Source: an uncultured Eubacteriales bacterium
GTDB lineage: Bacteria > Bacillota > Clostridia > Christensenellales > CAG-138
Assembly (NCBI GenBank): GCA_902787375.1
Contig: CADAGD010000001.1
Location: 2,106-66,105 of the forward strand
Direction of reading: 5' to 3'
Length of the DNA stretch: 64,000 bases
The notes below the pieces were generated by a model. The model did no database searches. It was given only the letters and a program-made list of their open reading frames with translations, and had not been told where the DNA came from. This document shows positions 1-10,001 of the stretch, one piece after another. A program made the translations under genes and the position numbers. Each line of letters starts with the position of its first letter. Position 1 is the first letter of the stretch.

Positions 1-1004
1 CGCAGCTCAAGTGGAGCGAACACAGGATAGCTCATACGCATGATTTTTCGGAGATTAAGGGTCAGCAGGCAGCAAAGCGTGCGGCGGAAATAGCGGCGTC
101 GGGCAGTCACAATCTTCTGATGATAGGCAGTCCGGGTTCGGGAAAGACAATGCTCGCAAGGAGCATACCTTCGATACTTCCGGAGCTTTCAATGGATGAA
201 TCGCTGGAGGTTACAAGGATTCATTCCGTCGCCGGCGAACTCAGAGGCAGGGGAGGAATTGTTACCGAGCGTCCGTTCAGATCGCCTCATCATTCCGCTT
301 CAATACCCGCGCTTGTAGGCGGAGGCTCTCATGCCTTGCCGGGAGAGATAAGCCTTGCCCATTACGGAGTCTTGTTTATGGATGAGCTTCCGCTGTTTCC
401 GAGTACCGTGCTTGAGGCATTAAGACAGCCGCTCGAAGACGGCGTCGTCACGATTACACGCGCCGCCGCTAAGACGACGTATCCGGCTGATTTCATGCTC
501 GTTGCCGCAATGAACCCCTGTCCATGCGGAAATTACGGTTCCAAGACCAAGGAATGCCGATGCAGTCAAGCTCAGATAGAGAAGTACAGGAGCCGTATAA
601 GCTCACCGCTTCTTGACAGGCTTGATCTGCATATAGAGATGAATGAGATAGACTACAATGAGCTGACCTCCAAAGCAAGCGGCGAAAGCTCCGAAACAAT
701 CAGGGAACGTGTGAAAAAGGCGAGGGACATCCAGTTAAAGCGGTATTCGGGCGACGGTATCCGATACAACTCTCAGCTAACCGCACCTCTTATGAGAAAG
801 TATTGTCAGATGACGGATGAAGCTGAAACACTTCTTCATACGGCGTACGATAAGCTCAAGCTTTCCGCAAGGGCATATACAAGGGTTATTAAGGTAGCAA
901 GAACCATAGCGGATATTAACGACGAGGAGCGGATACAGAAGCAGCACATACTTGAGGCTGTGCAATACAGGGGGCTTGAACAAAAATACTGGAGTTCGCG
1001 GTGA
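1..1004 (+). CDS. comM: YifB/ComM-family Mg-chelatase-like AAA+ ATPase (5' end outside window)
   Basis: Frame of the 120..1004 ORF stays open back to base 3 ('DFSEIKGQQAAKRAAEIAASGSHNLLMIG'). Walker A 'GSPGSGKTM', Walker B 'VLFMDELP'. Lies directly upstream of dprA. Confidence 0.9.
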   Translation, partial: QLKWSEHRIAHTHDFSEIKGQQAAKRAAEIAASGSHNLLMIGSPGSGKTMLARSIPSILPELSMDESLEVTRIHSVAGELRGRGGIVTERPFRSPHHSASIPALVGGGSHALPGEISLAHYGVLFMDELPLFPSTVLEALRQPLEDGVVTITRAAAKTTYPADFMLVAAMNPCPCGNYGSKTKECRCSQAQIEKYRSRISSPLLDRLDLHIEMNEIDYNELTSKASGESSETIRERVKKARDIQLKRYSGDGIRYNSQLTAPLMRKYCQMTDEAETLLHTAYDKLKLSARAYTRVIKVARTIADINDEERIQKQHILEAVQYRGLEQKYWSSR

Positions 1005-1013
1005 TATGGATTT

Positions 1014-2129
1014 ATGAGAGACTATTCCGAAAAGGAAAGAGCATGGCTTTGGCTGAGCGATGTTCTCGGCTCCAACGTCAGGGCTATCGAGCATTTGTTG
1101 TTCTGCAATGACGGATTGATGGAGCTTTTTGAAGCTGTCAGAAACGGAAAGACCATACGCTTTCCCGAAAACATCAATAAAACAAACAGAGAGCTTCTGT
1201 ATATCAAGAGCGCGGATGCCGCAATAGACAGCTTTATAGAGAGTATGGAAAAAGAGAGGATATATGCTGTCACTCGTGACAGCAGCGACTATCCCAGTCT
1301 TCTCAGGGAGATATTCGATCCGCCTGCCGTGCTTTATGTGAAGGGCAGGCTCAGAGCTGATATTGAGCTTCCGATAGCGGTTATAGGAGCGAGAAAAAGC
1401 TCGGATTACGGCAGGGAGATGGCTGAATACTTTGGACGTGAGCTTGCGGAGCATGGTGCATGTGTGGTATCGGGCATGGCTCTCGGATGCGACTCCATAG
1501 CGGCTAAAGGTGCGCTCTCGTCCGCAAAGAGCGATTATCCGACGATAGCCGTGTTAGGATGCGGCGTTGATATTGTATATCCGCAATCATCAAGGGAGCT
1601 TTATGAGCGTATAATCGAGCGTGGCGCAGTAATATCCGAGTTCAAACCGGGAAAAGCTCCCATGAAGGAGAATTTCCCGCAGCGAAACCGCATTATAAGC
1701 GGCATTTCAAAGGGCGTGCTGGTTATTGAAGCCGGAGCCAAGAGCGGTACACGAATAACTACCGATTGTGCCCATGAGCAGGGAAGGGATGTTTTCGCGG
1801 TTCCGGGCAGGATAAATGATCTATCCTGTGTCGGGACTAACGGTCTCATAAAGAGCGGAGCGGCAAAAGCGGTATTTGATGTCGATGATATTATGTTTGA
1901 GTATGGCTTCTTTATGGTAAGAAACGCAACCCCTGTCAGGCAAATAGATATTGCCAAGCTGTCAAATGAGCAGAAAGTGATTTACAATCTCCTTATTCTG
2001 GGAGAAAAAACCGTCGATGATTTATGCGAAATAACCGAATTTACCGTTTCTGAGCTAAATATCTACTTGACAGAAATGGAATTATCGGGAATAATAAAGC
2101 AGTTGCCAAACGGCAAGTATGCTTTGTGA
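1014..2129 (+). CDS. dprA: DNA processing protein DprA/Smf
   Basis: 371 aa. DprA Rossmann-like core 'PIAVIGARKSSDYG', 'VVSGMALGCDS', 'GVLVIEAGAKSGTRITT', 'VFAVPG'. C-terminal winged-helix-like tail. Confidence 0.9.
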   Translation: MRDYSEKERAWLWLSDVLGSNVRAIEHLLFCNDGLMELFEAVRNGKTIRFPENINKTNRELLYIKSADAAIDSFIESMEKERIYAVTRDSSDYPSLLREIFDPPAVLYVKGRLRADIELPIAVIGARKSSDYGREMAEYFGRELAEHGACVVSGMALGCDSIAAKGALSSAKSDYPTIAVLGCGVDIVYPQSSRELYERIIERGAVISEFKPGKAPMKENFPQRNRIISGISKGVLVIEAGAKSGTRITTDCAHEQGRDVFAVPGRINDLSCVGTNGLIKSGAAKAVFDVDDIMFEYGFFMVRNATPVRQIDIAKLSNEQKVIYNLLILGEKTVDDLCEITEFTVSELNIYLTEMELSGIIKQLPNGKYAL

Positions 2130-2190
2130 TAAAGAAGCTGATATGCCTATATTGATTCAGGCATTCAAGAATTGAAAGGATTTATACAAA

Positions 2191-4299
2191 ATGACAGACA
2201 CTCTGGTTATTGTTGAGTCGCCGGCAAAGGCAAAGACCATAGCAAAATATCTTGGATCCAAATACAAGGTTATCGCATCGAACGGTCACGTCAGGGACCT
2301 GCCCAAGAGCCAGCTTGGAGTTGATGTCGAAAACGGATTCGAGCCTAAATATATAACCCTCCGCGGAAGAGGAGAGGTTTTGGAAAAGATAAAAAAAGAA
2401 GCAAAACAGGCAAAAAAGGTTTTGCTCGCAACCGACCCCGATAGAGAGGGTGAGGCTATTTCATGGCATCTTGCAAACGCGCTTAAAATAGATCCCAATA
2501 TGAATTGCAGGGTCGTATTCAATGAAATAACCAAATCCGTCTTACAGGCGTCCATTAAAACAGCAAGGCCCATAGATATTAAGCTCGTTGACGCGCAGCA
2601 GGCAAGGCGTGTGCTTGACAGACTTGTCGGCTATAAGATCAGTCCTCTGCTCTGGGCAAAGGTGCGCAAGGGGCTGTCAGCGGGACGTGTTCAATCAGTC
2701 GCCACAAGGATAATCTGTGACCGTGAGCAGGAGATAAACGATTTTATCCCGGACGAGTATTGGACGATTACAGCTTTTCTCCACGTTCCCAACGCGAGAA
2801 AGCCCATCGAAGCCAAGTTCTATGGCTATAACGGGCATAAAACCGATGTTAAAAACGAGCAGGAGGCTATGCTTGTAATAGAAAAGAGCAAGGAGGAGCC
2901 GTTTGTTCTTTCAGACCTTAAAAAGAATGAAAAGACACGGCACGCGCCCGCTCCGTTTACAACAAGCAGTATGCTTCAGGAAGCGTCGAGAAAGCTCGGT
3001 CTTACTCCAAAGATGACAATGTCGCTCGCTCAGCAGCTCTATGAGGGTGTTGAGATAGGCAGCAAGGGCAGCGTTGCGCTTATAACCTACATCCGTACCG
3101 ACTCCGTAAGGGTATCATCGGAAGCGCAGGGCATGGCTCTTGACTTTATAAAGGACACATACGGCGATAAATATGTTCCCGCAAAGCCCAATATCTATAA
3201 GGGAAGGAGCAATGCGCAGGATGCACACGAAGCCATCCGTCCCACCAATCTTTTGCTTGCTCCCGCCATGGTCAAGGAGCATTTGAAATCGGGATTATAT
3301 CGTCTTTATAAGCTCATATATGACCGTTTCCTCGCAAGCCAAATGGCAAGCGCATTATACGAAACGACACAGCTCACATTCACAGCGGGTGAGTGTACAT
3401 ATCGCGCCTCAGGCATCAGAACCATATTTGACGGCTATACCAAGCTTTATGTGGAGAGCAATGACGACGAGGAGGAAAAGGAGGGTTTGCTTCCCGAACT
3501 TGAGATCGGACGTCGTTTGAATGCCAAAGAAATAAAGCCCGTGCAGCATTTCACACAGCCGCCCTCCCGTTATACGGAGGCGTCGCTTGTCAAGACGCTT
3601 GAGGAAAAGGGCATCGGACGCCCAAGCACATATTCTCCGACGATCTCCACTATAATTGACAGAGGGTATGTGTGCCGTGAGAAAAAGCAGCTAATACCAA
3701 CAGAGCTTGGATTCGTCGTAACTCAGCTAATGAAGGATAATTTCAGCAGCATTGTTGACGTTAAATTTACGGCTGATATGGAAGAAAAGCTTGACGAGGT
3801 AGAGGAGGGCAATAAGGAGTGGAGAAGCATTATCGGCGATTTCTACGGCCCATTTGAGCATTCCGTTGAGGAGGCGTTTAAGAACGTCGAGCATGTGAAG
3901 ATAGCCGATGAGGTTTCGGATGTCCAATGCGATAAATGCGGCGCGATGATGGTCTATAAGATCGGAAAATTCGGCAAATTCCTTGCTTGTCCCAATTATC
4001 CCACATGTAAGAATACAAAGAGGATTGTTGATAAGATAGGTGTAAAATGTCCGCAATGCGGGGCTGAGATAATAAAGCTGCATACCAAGAAGGGCAGGGC
4101 TTTTTACGGATGTGAAAGGCATCCTGACTGCGACTTTGTATCATGGCAGAAGCCGGTAGGGGAGAACTGTCCCAAATGCGGCAAATACATGGTGCAAAAG
4201 CTTGGTAAAAACGGAAGCTACAAGCAATGCTCCGATACCCAGGGCTGCGGATTCGTAATGCGTCCCGCGGGCAAACAGAAGAACAATGATGAGGAATAA
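2191..4299 (+). CDS. topA: DNA topoisomerase I
   Basis: 702 aa. Toprim 'LVIVESPAKAKTI', 'ATDPDREGEAISWH'. C-terminal Cys4 zinc ribbons ('CDKCG..CPNYPTC', 'CPQCG', 'CPKCG'). Confidence 0.97.
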   Translation: MTDTLVIVESPAKAKTIAKYLGSKYKVIASNGHVRDLPKSQLGVDVENGFEPKYITLRGRGEVLEKIKKEAKQAKKVLLATDPDREGEAISWHLANALKIDPNMNCRVVFNEITKSVLQASIKTARPIDIKLVDAQQARRVLDRLVGYKISPLLWAKVRKGLSAGRVQSVATRIICDREQEINDFIPDEYWTITAFLHVPNARKPIEAKFYGYNGHKTDVKNEQEAMLVIEKSKEEPFVLSDLKKNEKTRHAPAPFTTSSMLQEASRKLGLTPKMTMSLAQQLYEGVEIGSKGSVALITYIRTDSVRVSSEAQGMALDFIKDTYGDKYVPAKPNIYKGRSNAQDAHEAIRPTNLLLAPAMVKEHLKSGLYRLYKLIYDRFLASQMASALYETTQLTFTAGECTYRASGIRTIFDGYTKLYVESNDDEEEKEGLLPELEIGRRLNAKEIKPVQHFTQPPSRYTEASLVKTLEEKGIGRPSTYSPTISTIIDRGYVCREKKQLIPTELGFVVTQLMKDNFSSIVDVKFTADMEEKLDEVEEGNKEWRSIIGDFYGPFEHSVEEAFKNVEHVKIADEVSDVQCDKCGAMMVYKIGKFGKFLACPNYPTCKNTKRIVDKIGVKCPQCGAEIIKLHTKKGRAFYGCERHPDCDFVSWQKPVGENCPKCGKYMVQKLGKNGSYKQCSDTQGCGFVMRPAGKQKNNDEE

Positions 4300-5603
4300 T
4301 GAACAATACCGTTAAGATAATAGGAGCTGGTCTTGCCGGATGTGAAGCGGCTTACCAGCTCGCCAAAAGGGGCATAAGGGTTCAGCTTATCGACATGAAG
4401 CCTTCGCGTCATACTCCTGCGCATAGGCTTGATACGTTCTGTGAGCTTGTATGCTCCAATTCGTTGCGCTCTGACAGCATAGAGAATGCCGTTGGACTGC
4501 TTAAAGCCGAGCTGAGGCTCATGGATTCGCTGATTATGAAATGCGCTGACAGTACAAAGGTACCGGCGGGAGGCGCATTGGCAGTTGACAGAAACAGGTT
4601 TTCGGAAATGGTGACTGAAATACTGGCAGGCAATCCGCTTATAGAGATTATCGAGGAGGAGGTTACATCACTTCCCGATGCACCGTGCATCATAGCGACG
4701 GGCCCTCTGACCGATGGAGCTATGCTCGACGCCATAGAAAAAAGGGTCGGCACATCGCTCCATTTCCACGATGCCGCCGCACCTATAGTCACAAGCGAAT
4801 CGCTTGATATGAGCAAGGTCTTTTCATCGTCAAGATATGGCAGAGGTTCGGATTACCTTAATTGCCCCATGTCGGCTGAAGAGTATTTCCGCTTCGTCCG
4901 CGAGCTTGTTGCGGCAGAGACCGTTCCGCTGCATGAGTTTGAAACTCCGAAGGTGTTTGAGGGCTGTATGCCCGTTGAAGCAATGGCAAGGCGCGGCGAA
5001 CATACTCTCGCGTTTGGCCCGTTAAAGCCGGTTGGACTTATTGATCCCAATACAGGAAAACAGCCGTATGCCGTTGTACAGCTCCGCCGCGAGAACGAAG
5101 CCGGAACGCTTTACAATATAGTCGGTTTCCAGACAAACCTTAAAATACCCGAACAGCGTCGGGTATTCGGGATGATTCCCGGACTTGAAAACGCGGAGTT
5201 CGTGCGTTACGGTGTAATGCACCGCAACTCGTATTTGGATTCTCCGGGGAAGCTCACCTGCTGTTATGAGCTGAAGGCTGCACCCGGAGTATTCTTCGCG
5301 GGGCAGATAACCGGAGTGGAAGGATACGTCGAGAGTGCGTCGTCGGGCTTCGTCGCCGGCGTCAATATGGCAAGAAGACTGCTTGATCAGGAGCAGATGG
5401 ACTTCGGCCCTGAAACGGCAATAGGCTCGCTCGGACACTATGTATCCGAGTATAACGGCTCTGATTTTCAGCCGATGAATGTCACATTTGGTATAATGTC
5501 GCCGCTTCCCGTAAGGATCAGGAATAAGCGTGAGCGTTATTCTGCCATTGCGGAGCGTGCTTTGAAGCGCATAGATGATATAGTTTCAAAAGGAGGTTTT
5601 TGA
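4299..5603 (+). CDS. trmFO: Methylenetetrahydrofolate--tRNA-(uracil-5-)-methyltransferase TrmFO
   Basis: 434 aa. FAD fold '[17 protein letters not shown]', '[13 protein letters not shown]'. TAATG overlap with the topA stop. Confidence 0.95.
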   Translation: MNNTVKIIGAGLAGCEAAYQLAKRGIRVQLIDMKPSRHTPAHRLDTFCELVCSNSLRSDSIENAVGLLKAELRLMDSLIMKCADSTKVPAGGALAVDRNRFSEMVTEILAGNPLIEIIEEEVTSLPDAPCIIATGPLTDGAMLDAIEKRVGTSLHFHDAAAPIVTSESLDMSKVFSSSRYGRGSDYLNCPMSAEEYFRFVRELVAAETVPLHEFETPKVFEGCMPVEAMARRGEHTLAFGPLKPVGLIDPNTGKQPYAVVQLRRENEAGTLYNIVGFQTNLKIPEQRRVFGMIPGLENAEFVRYGVMHRNSYLDSPGKLTCCYELKAAPGVFFAGQITGVEGYVESASSGFVAGVNMARRLLDQEQMDFGPETAIGSLGHYVSEYNGSDFQPMNVTFGIMSPLPVRIRNKRERYSAIAERALKRIDDIVSKGGF

Positions 5604-6139
5604 TGGATTCTTTCAAGGGTACGACAATAGTTGCCGTCAAGTCGGAGACAGGCTGCGCCATAGCGGGCGACGGTCAGGTTACTCTCGGTGAAACAACAAT
5701 AATGAAGCATACAGCAAAGAAGGTTCGCAGGATTTATAATGATAAGGTCATAGTCGGCTTTGCAGGCTCTGTTGCCGACGCCTTCACGCTCTGCGACAGG
5801 TTTGAGTCAAAGCTTGAGCAATTCAGCGGCGGTCTTTCAAGGGCGGCGGTCGCGCTTGCTCAGGATTGGAGAAGCGATAAGGTCATGCGCCAGCTCCAAG
5901 CACTGCTTATCTGTGCCGATAAGGATGAGCTTTTAATCGTTTCAGGCACAGGTGAAGTCATTTATCCCGACGACGGCATTGCCGCCATAGGTTCAGGCGG
6001 TATGTACGCGCTTGCCGCAGCAAGGGCTTTGAAGCAGAATACCGAGCTTTCCGCAAAAGAGATTGCGGAGAAGGCAATACTCATCGCATCGGATATCTGC
6101 GTTTATACCAATAATAATGTAACAGTTGAGGAGGTGTGA
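5603..6139 (+). CDS. hslV: ATP-dependent protease subunit HslV
   Basis: About 178 aa. N-terminal 'GTTIVAV' Thr-protease motif, 'GSGG'. ATG at 5603 sits 6 nt after AGGAGG (5591-5596) and overlaps the trmFO stop (TGATG). The track start 5600 is TTG. Confidence 0.95.
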   Translation: MDSFKGTTIVAVKSETGCAIAGDGQVTLGETTIMKHTAKKVRRIYNDKVIVGFAGSVADAFTLCDRFESKLEQFSGGLSRAAVALAQDWRSDKVMRQLQALLICADKDELLIVSGTGEVIYPDDGIAAIGSGGMYALAAARALKQNTELSAKEIAEKAILIASDICVYTNNNVTVEEV

Positions 6140-7539
6140 TAGTGCTTACGCCTAAACAGATAGTTGAGCAGTTGGATAGATATATTATAGGACAGGATGA
6201 GGCAAAACGCTCGGTTGCCATTGCTCTGAGGAACAGATACAGAAGGTCTCGTCTTCCCATTGAGATGCGTGAGGAGATAACTCCCAAAAACATAATAATG
6301 ATGGGTCCGACCGGCGTTGGAAAAACCGAAATATCCAGAAGACTTGCCAAGCTTGTAGAAGCTCCTTTCGTAAAGGTTGAGGCGACTAAATTTACCGAGG
6401 TCGGCTATGTTGGTCGTGATGTGGATTCAATGGTAAGGGATCTCGTTGAAGCTTCCATCAGGCTTTGCAAGCAGAGCGAGTATGAGCGAGTTCGTCTTAT
6501 GGCAGAGGCGGCAGCGGAACAAAAGCTGGTCGATATTCTTTGCGAAGATGGGACTTCTTCCAAGAAGCACAGCAAAGCCGCGAACATATTCGGATTGCAG
6601 ATGCTTCTGAATGCTCCGAAGGATGAGCAGGCTGAGCCCGAAATATCCGAGGAGGTTAAGCAGGCGCGCAAGCAAAAGAGGCAGGCTGTGCTTGAATCGC
6701 TTCGCAATGGAGAGCTTGAGGATAAAATCGTTACGATAGAGGTTACGGAATCCGGCACAGGCAATGACGCAATGCTTGCGATGGGTATAGACCTTAACTT
6801 GAACGAGATGTTTGGAGGTATGCTTCCCAAAAAGAAAAAGCAAAGAAAGGTTCCCGTTGTGGAAGCGCGACGCATACTTGTTGCCGAAGAATCCGATAAG
6901 CTCATTGACATGGATGAGGTCATCGACCGCGCTATCGAACGCGCCGAGCAGGATGGAATTGTTTTTATCGACGAGATAGACAAGATTGCCGCATCCGGCA
7001 ATGTCGGAGGAGCCGATGTTTCCCGTGAAGGCGTACAACGCGATATTCTGCCCATCGTTGAGGGCTGCACCGTCAACACGAAATATGGGCCGGTAAAGAC
7101 CGACTATATGCTGTTCATAGCAGCAGGCGCGTTCCATGTATCCAAGGTGAGCGATTTAATACCTGAGCTGCAGGGAAGATTCCCCATTCGCGTTAAGCTG
7201 AATGCGTTGAATGTTGCCGATTATGAGCGCATACTGACACAGCCTGAGAATGCTGTCACAAAGCAGTATGAGGCCCTGCTTGAAACGGATAACGTCCATC
7301 TCAGCTTTACGGATGATGCTAAACACGCCATCGCGGAGGCGGCCTTCAATGCCAATGAAACGAGTGAGAACATCGGAGCAAGACGGCTGCATACGATAAT
7401 AGAAAACCTGCTTGACGATATTTCCTTTAATGCAACGGGTGAACATCCTATGATAGATGTTGTAATAGACAAATCATATGTCGATACACATCTTAATACG
7501 TCTAAGTCTGCCATGGACTTGAATAAGTATATTGTCTGA
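6136..7539 (+). CDS. hslU: ATP-dependent protease ATPase subunit HslU
   Basis: 467 aa. Walker A '[10 protein letters not shown]', Walker B 'VFIDEIDKI', 'GARRLHTI'. GTG start overlaps the hslV stop. Confidence 0.95.
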   Translation: MIVLTPKQIVEQLDRYIIGQDEAKRSVAIALRNRYRRSRLPIEMREEITPKNIIMMGPTGVGKTEISRRLAKLVEAPFVKVEATKFTEVGYVGRDVDSMVRDLVEASIRLCKQSEYERVRLMAEAAAEQKLVDILCEDGTSSKKHSKAANIFGLQMLLNAPKDEQAEPEISEEVKQARKQKRQAVLESLRNGELEDKIVTIEVTESGTGNDAMLAMGIDLNLNEMFGGMLPKKKKQRKVPVVEARRILVAEESDKLIDMDEVIDRAIERAEQDGIVFIDEIDKIAASGNVGGADVSREGVQRDILPIVEGCTVNTKYGPVKTDYMLFIAAGAFHVSKVSDLIPELQGRFPIRVKLNALNVADYERILTQPENAVTKQYEALLETDNVHLSFTDDAKHAIAEAAFNANETSENIGARRLHTIIENLLDDISFNATGEHPMIDVVIDKSYVDTHLNTSKSAMDLNKYIV

Positions 7540-7577
7540 GGTATAGACTTAATCAAAAAAGGAGAAAACCGGTTTTA

Positions 7578-8774
7578 ATGAGAAAATTCGCAGCGGCAAT
7601 ACTTGTTACATGCATATTCTGCCTGACCATCATCGGATGCTCAAATGAGGTTGAAACAATAGTGATAGATGACATGGCAGCGAACGCTACTGCCGGAGCA
7701 AATACCGAAGATGGCTCTTACGGGCAAAGAAGCACAAGCGAGTATGCCAAGCCAACCGATATTATCTCAACGGAGGCTGCGGGCAATACGGTCGAGCCAA
7801 CTCTCGTTCCCGAAAACACCGTTGTCCCAACCGAAGCCCCAAAGAATGAAATAGTCTTCGATGAGATGGATGAGGTTGAAGGATATGTAAACAAGGACGG
7901 CGTCAATTTCAGAACCGAAGCTGATACGTCATCAACCGTTTTGGGCATTATGATGCTCGGAAAAAGCGTTGCCATAATCGGTAAGGGCGGCGATTGGTAT
8001 AAGGTCAAAATTGGTTGTCTTGTCGGGTATATGGCGAAGGAGTTTGTGAGCGTGGGTACTTATTCCACTCCCGCACCAACCAATACCCCGCATGAGAAAA
8101 CTGCGGCAGCTCAGACAAATACGCCCAAGCCCACGGCAAAGCCCACGCCGAGGCCGACAAATACGCCCAAACCTACGGCAAAGCCCACGCCTAAGCCGAC
8201 TAAGACGCCGAAGCCCACGGCAAAGCCAACACCGAAACCGACTAAGACGCCGAAGCCCACGGCAAAGCCCACGCCTAAGCCGACTAAGACGCCGAAGCCC
8301 ACGGCAAAGCCTACGCCAAAGCCGACTAAGACGCCCAAGCCCACAACCGCACCAACACCGACGCCGTCGCCGTTTTACACGGTTGCTCCGGGACAGTTCT
8401 CGGATAGCGATGTTCTGCTTCTTGCTAAATTTCTGACGTATGAAGCACGATATAACAATACGGCGGGGCAGAGGGCGGTAGGAAGCGTTGTACTGAACCG
8501 AGTTCTCAATGAGTCAGGACACTTCCCCGATACTGTGAGGGGGGTTCTGTTTCAGAAAAACCAGTTTTGCAGCGAAGCCGCGTTGGCAAACATCACTCCT
8601 ACGAATGCCGCCAAGTCGAACGCAAGGTACATTCTTCAGGATTGCGGAGCTACTATTCCCAAAAAGGTTCTATTCTATCGGGCGGCAAGTCTCGGAACCA
8701 CTTGGGAAAGCTATATGAGTTACTATGATACTATTGATGGCAACAGTTTCTTTTATGGAACAAACGGTTTTTGA
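7578..8774 (+). CDS. Lipoprotein: SH3b domain + Pro/Thr/Lys repeat linker + SleB-type (Hydrolase_2) cell-wall hydrolase domain
   Basis: Lipobox 'LTIIGC'. SH3b-like '[26 protein letters not shown]'. ([14 protein letters not shown])n linker. C-terminal '[28 protein letters not shown]' typical of SleB-like hydrolases. Confidence 0.8.
   Translation: MRKFAAAILVTCIFCLTIIGCSNEVETIVIDDMAANATAGANTEDGSYGQRSTSEYAKPTDIISTEAAGNTVEPTLVPENTVVPTEAPKNEIVFDEMDEVEGYVNKDGVNFRTEADTSSTVLGIMMLGKSVAIIGKGGDWYKVKIGCLVGYMAKEFVSVGTYSTPAPTNTPHEKTAAAQTNTPKPTAKPTPRPTNTPKPTAKPTPKPTKTPKPTAKPTPKPTKTPKPTAKPTPKPTKTPKPTAKPTPKPTKTPKPTTAPTPTPSPFYTVAPGQFSDSDVLLLAKFLTYEARYNNTAGQRAVGSVVLNRVLNESGHFPDTVRGVLFQKNQFCSEAALANITPTNAAKSNARYILQDCGATIPKKVLFYRAASLGTTWESYMSYYDTIDGNSFFYGTNGF
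8121..8345 (+). repeat. 42-bp (14-codon) tandem repeat, about 5.3 copies, encoding [14 protein letters not shown]
   Basis: Units start at 8121, 8163, 8205, 8247, 8289 and 8331 (partial). Neighbouring units differ at only 2-4 nt, mostly synonymous. Confidence 0.95.
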
Positions 8775-8776
8775 TC

Positions 8777-9238
8777 ATGTTTAATATTGTTTTAGTGGAG
8801 CCGGAGATACCGCAGAACACCGGCAATATCTCAAGAACCTGCGCGGTCACGGGATGCTGTCTGCATCTTGTTCGTCCGCTTGGGTTTTCGGTGGATGATC
8901 GTCAGTTAAAACGTGCGGGACTGGATTATTGGAAGGATCTTGAGATTTTTTATTACGATAGCTTTGATGAGGTTGAAAGGACGCACCCTGGTGCAAAATT
9001 CCACCTCTATTCCACTCACGCTGAAAAAAGCTATTGTGACGTAAAATACAATGAGGGCGATTTCCTTGTTTTCGGCAAGGAAACCGCAGGACTTGGCGAA
9101 CGTATAATCAATTCGCACTCAGACCGCATTTTGCGTATTCCGATGCGCCCGAATGAACGCTCCTTGAATCTTTCAAATTCGGTTGCCATCGTCGTTTACG
9201 AAGCCTTTCGCCAGAATAATTTTAAAGGAATGCTTTGA
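8777..9238 (+). CDS. trmL: tRNA (cytidine/uridine-2'-O)-methyltransferase TrmL (SpoU family)
   Basis: 'MFNIVLVEPEIPQNTGNISRTC' and 'LNLSNSVAIVVYEA' SPOUT motifs. ATG 8777 preferred over the TTG at 8771. Confidence 0.85.
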   Translation: MFNIVLVEPEIPQNTGNISRTCAVTGCCLHLVRPLGFSVDDRQLKRAGLDYWKDLEIFYYDSFDEVERTHPGAKFHLYSTHAEKSYCDVKYNEGDFLVFGKETAGLGERIINSHSDRILRIPMRPNERSLNLSNSVAIVVYEAFRQNNFKGML

Positions 9239-9250
9239 TAGGAGGCAGTT

Positions 9251-9886
9251 GTGGATACTCTTGGTATAATTAAGGAATCCAAACTCATTGCTATTGCAAG
9301 AGGACTGTACGGTTCCAAGCTTATTGAAGCTTCCCTCGCGCTGTATAGGGGCGGCGTTCGAGCCTTTGAGGTCACGTTTGAGCAGGATAAGTCCATCGGT
9401 CTAACGACCGACGCTATAAGCCGATTGACTGAGAATCTGCCGGCTGACACTGTTATAGGTGCGGGAACCGTTCTTAGCCGAAGCCAAGTCAATGAAGCCC
9501 GTAATGCCGGAGCGCGATTTGTAATCTCGCCCAATACGGATAAGGCTGTCATTGAGCTTACCAAGCAGAGCGGAATGGTTTCCATTCCCGGTGCAATGAC
9601 ACCTACGGAGATAGTAAATGCTCATACATACGGCGCAGATATAGTAAAGCTCTTTCCTGCCGGCGTTCTTGGCTTGGAATACTTTAAAGCGGTGCGCGCA
9701 CCCTTAGCCCACATACCGCTTGCGGCAGTTGCGGGCATAACGATCAATAACATAAGGGACTTCTATAATGCAGGCGCAGTTGCGTTCGGCATAAGCAGCA
9801 CGCTTTACAATAAAAAGTCAATAGCCGAATCCGACTATAACGCCTTGATTAAAACAGCTCAACGCTTCTATGAGGTTTTAAACTGA
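9251..9886 (+). CDS. eda: KDPG / 4-hydroxy-2-oxoglutarate aldolase family protein
   Basis: 211 aa. 'KLIAIARG', Schiff-base Lys context 'ADIVKLFPAG'. GTG start 5 nt after GGAGG. Confidence 0.8.
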   Translation: MDTLGIIKESKLIAIARGLYGSKLIEASLALYRGGVRAFEVTFEQDKSIGLTTDAISRLTENLPADTVIGAGTVLSRSQVNEARNAGARFVISPNTDKAVIELTKQSGMVSIPGAMTPTEIVNAHTYGADIVKLFPAGVLGLEYFKAVRAPLAHIPLAAVAGITINNIRDFYNAGAVAFGISSTLYNKKSIAESDYNALIKTAQRFYEVLN

Positions 9887-9900
9887 AAAGAGGCTTCATT

Positions 9901-9927
9901 AAGGGGGGTATTCTACCTCCTTTTTTT
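9901..9927 (+). terminator. Rho-independent terminator after eda
   Basis: Stem 9901-9910 / 9914-9923 (G-rich arm pairs with 'tacctcctt', two G-U pairs), loop 'ttc', then a T7 run. Confidence 0.7.
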
Positions 9928-9942
9928 GTTTTCACGAATTAT

Positions 9943-9972
9943 GAATAAACACATACCTTGACGGGAAAAATA
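9943..9972 (+). promoter_or_regulatory. Candidate forespore (sigma-F/G-type) promoter of spoVAD
   Basis: 'GAATA' (9943-9947), 15 nt, then 'GGGAAAAATA' (9963-9972), about 30 nt upstream of the spoVAD ATG. Resembles the -35 GnATA / -10 GGnnAnAnTA forespore consensus as I recall it. Confidence 0.45.
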
Positions 9973-10001
9973 CTCTTAATCAATGAGTAAAGGACTATAC
10001 T

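Noticed and set aside
6405-7137. Two ORFs of about 230 aa antisense to hslU, plus similar ones at 777..1454 and 35876..36742
   Set aside because: All lie inside well-supported genes on the opposite strand, and none has an RBS or recognisable domain.
8092-8436. Arg-rich (+) and Gly/Val-rich (-) ORFs across the 42-bp repeat array
   Set aside because: These are alternative-frame read-through of the tandem repeat. The Pro/Thr/Lys frame is continuous with flanking SH3b and hydrolase domains.
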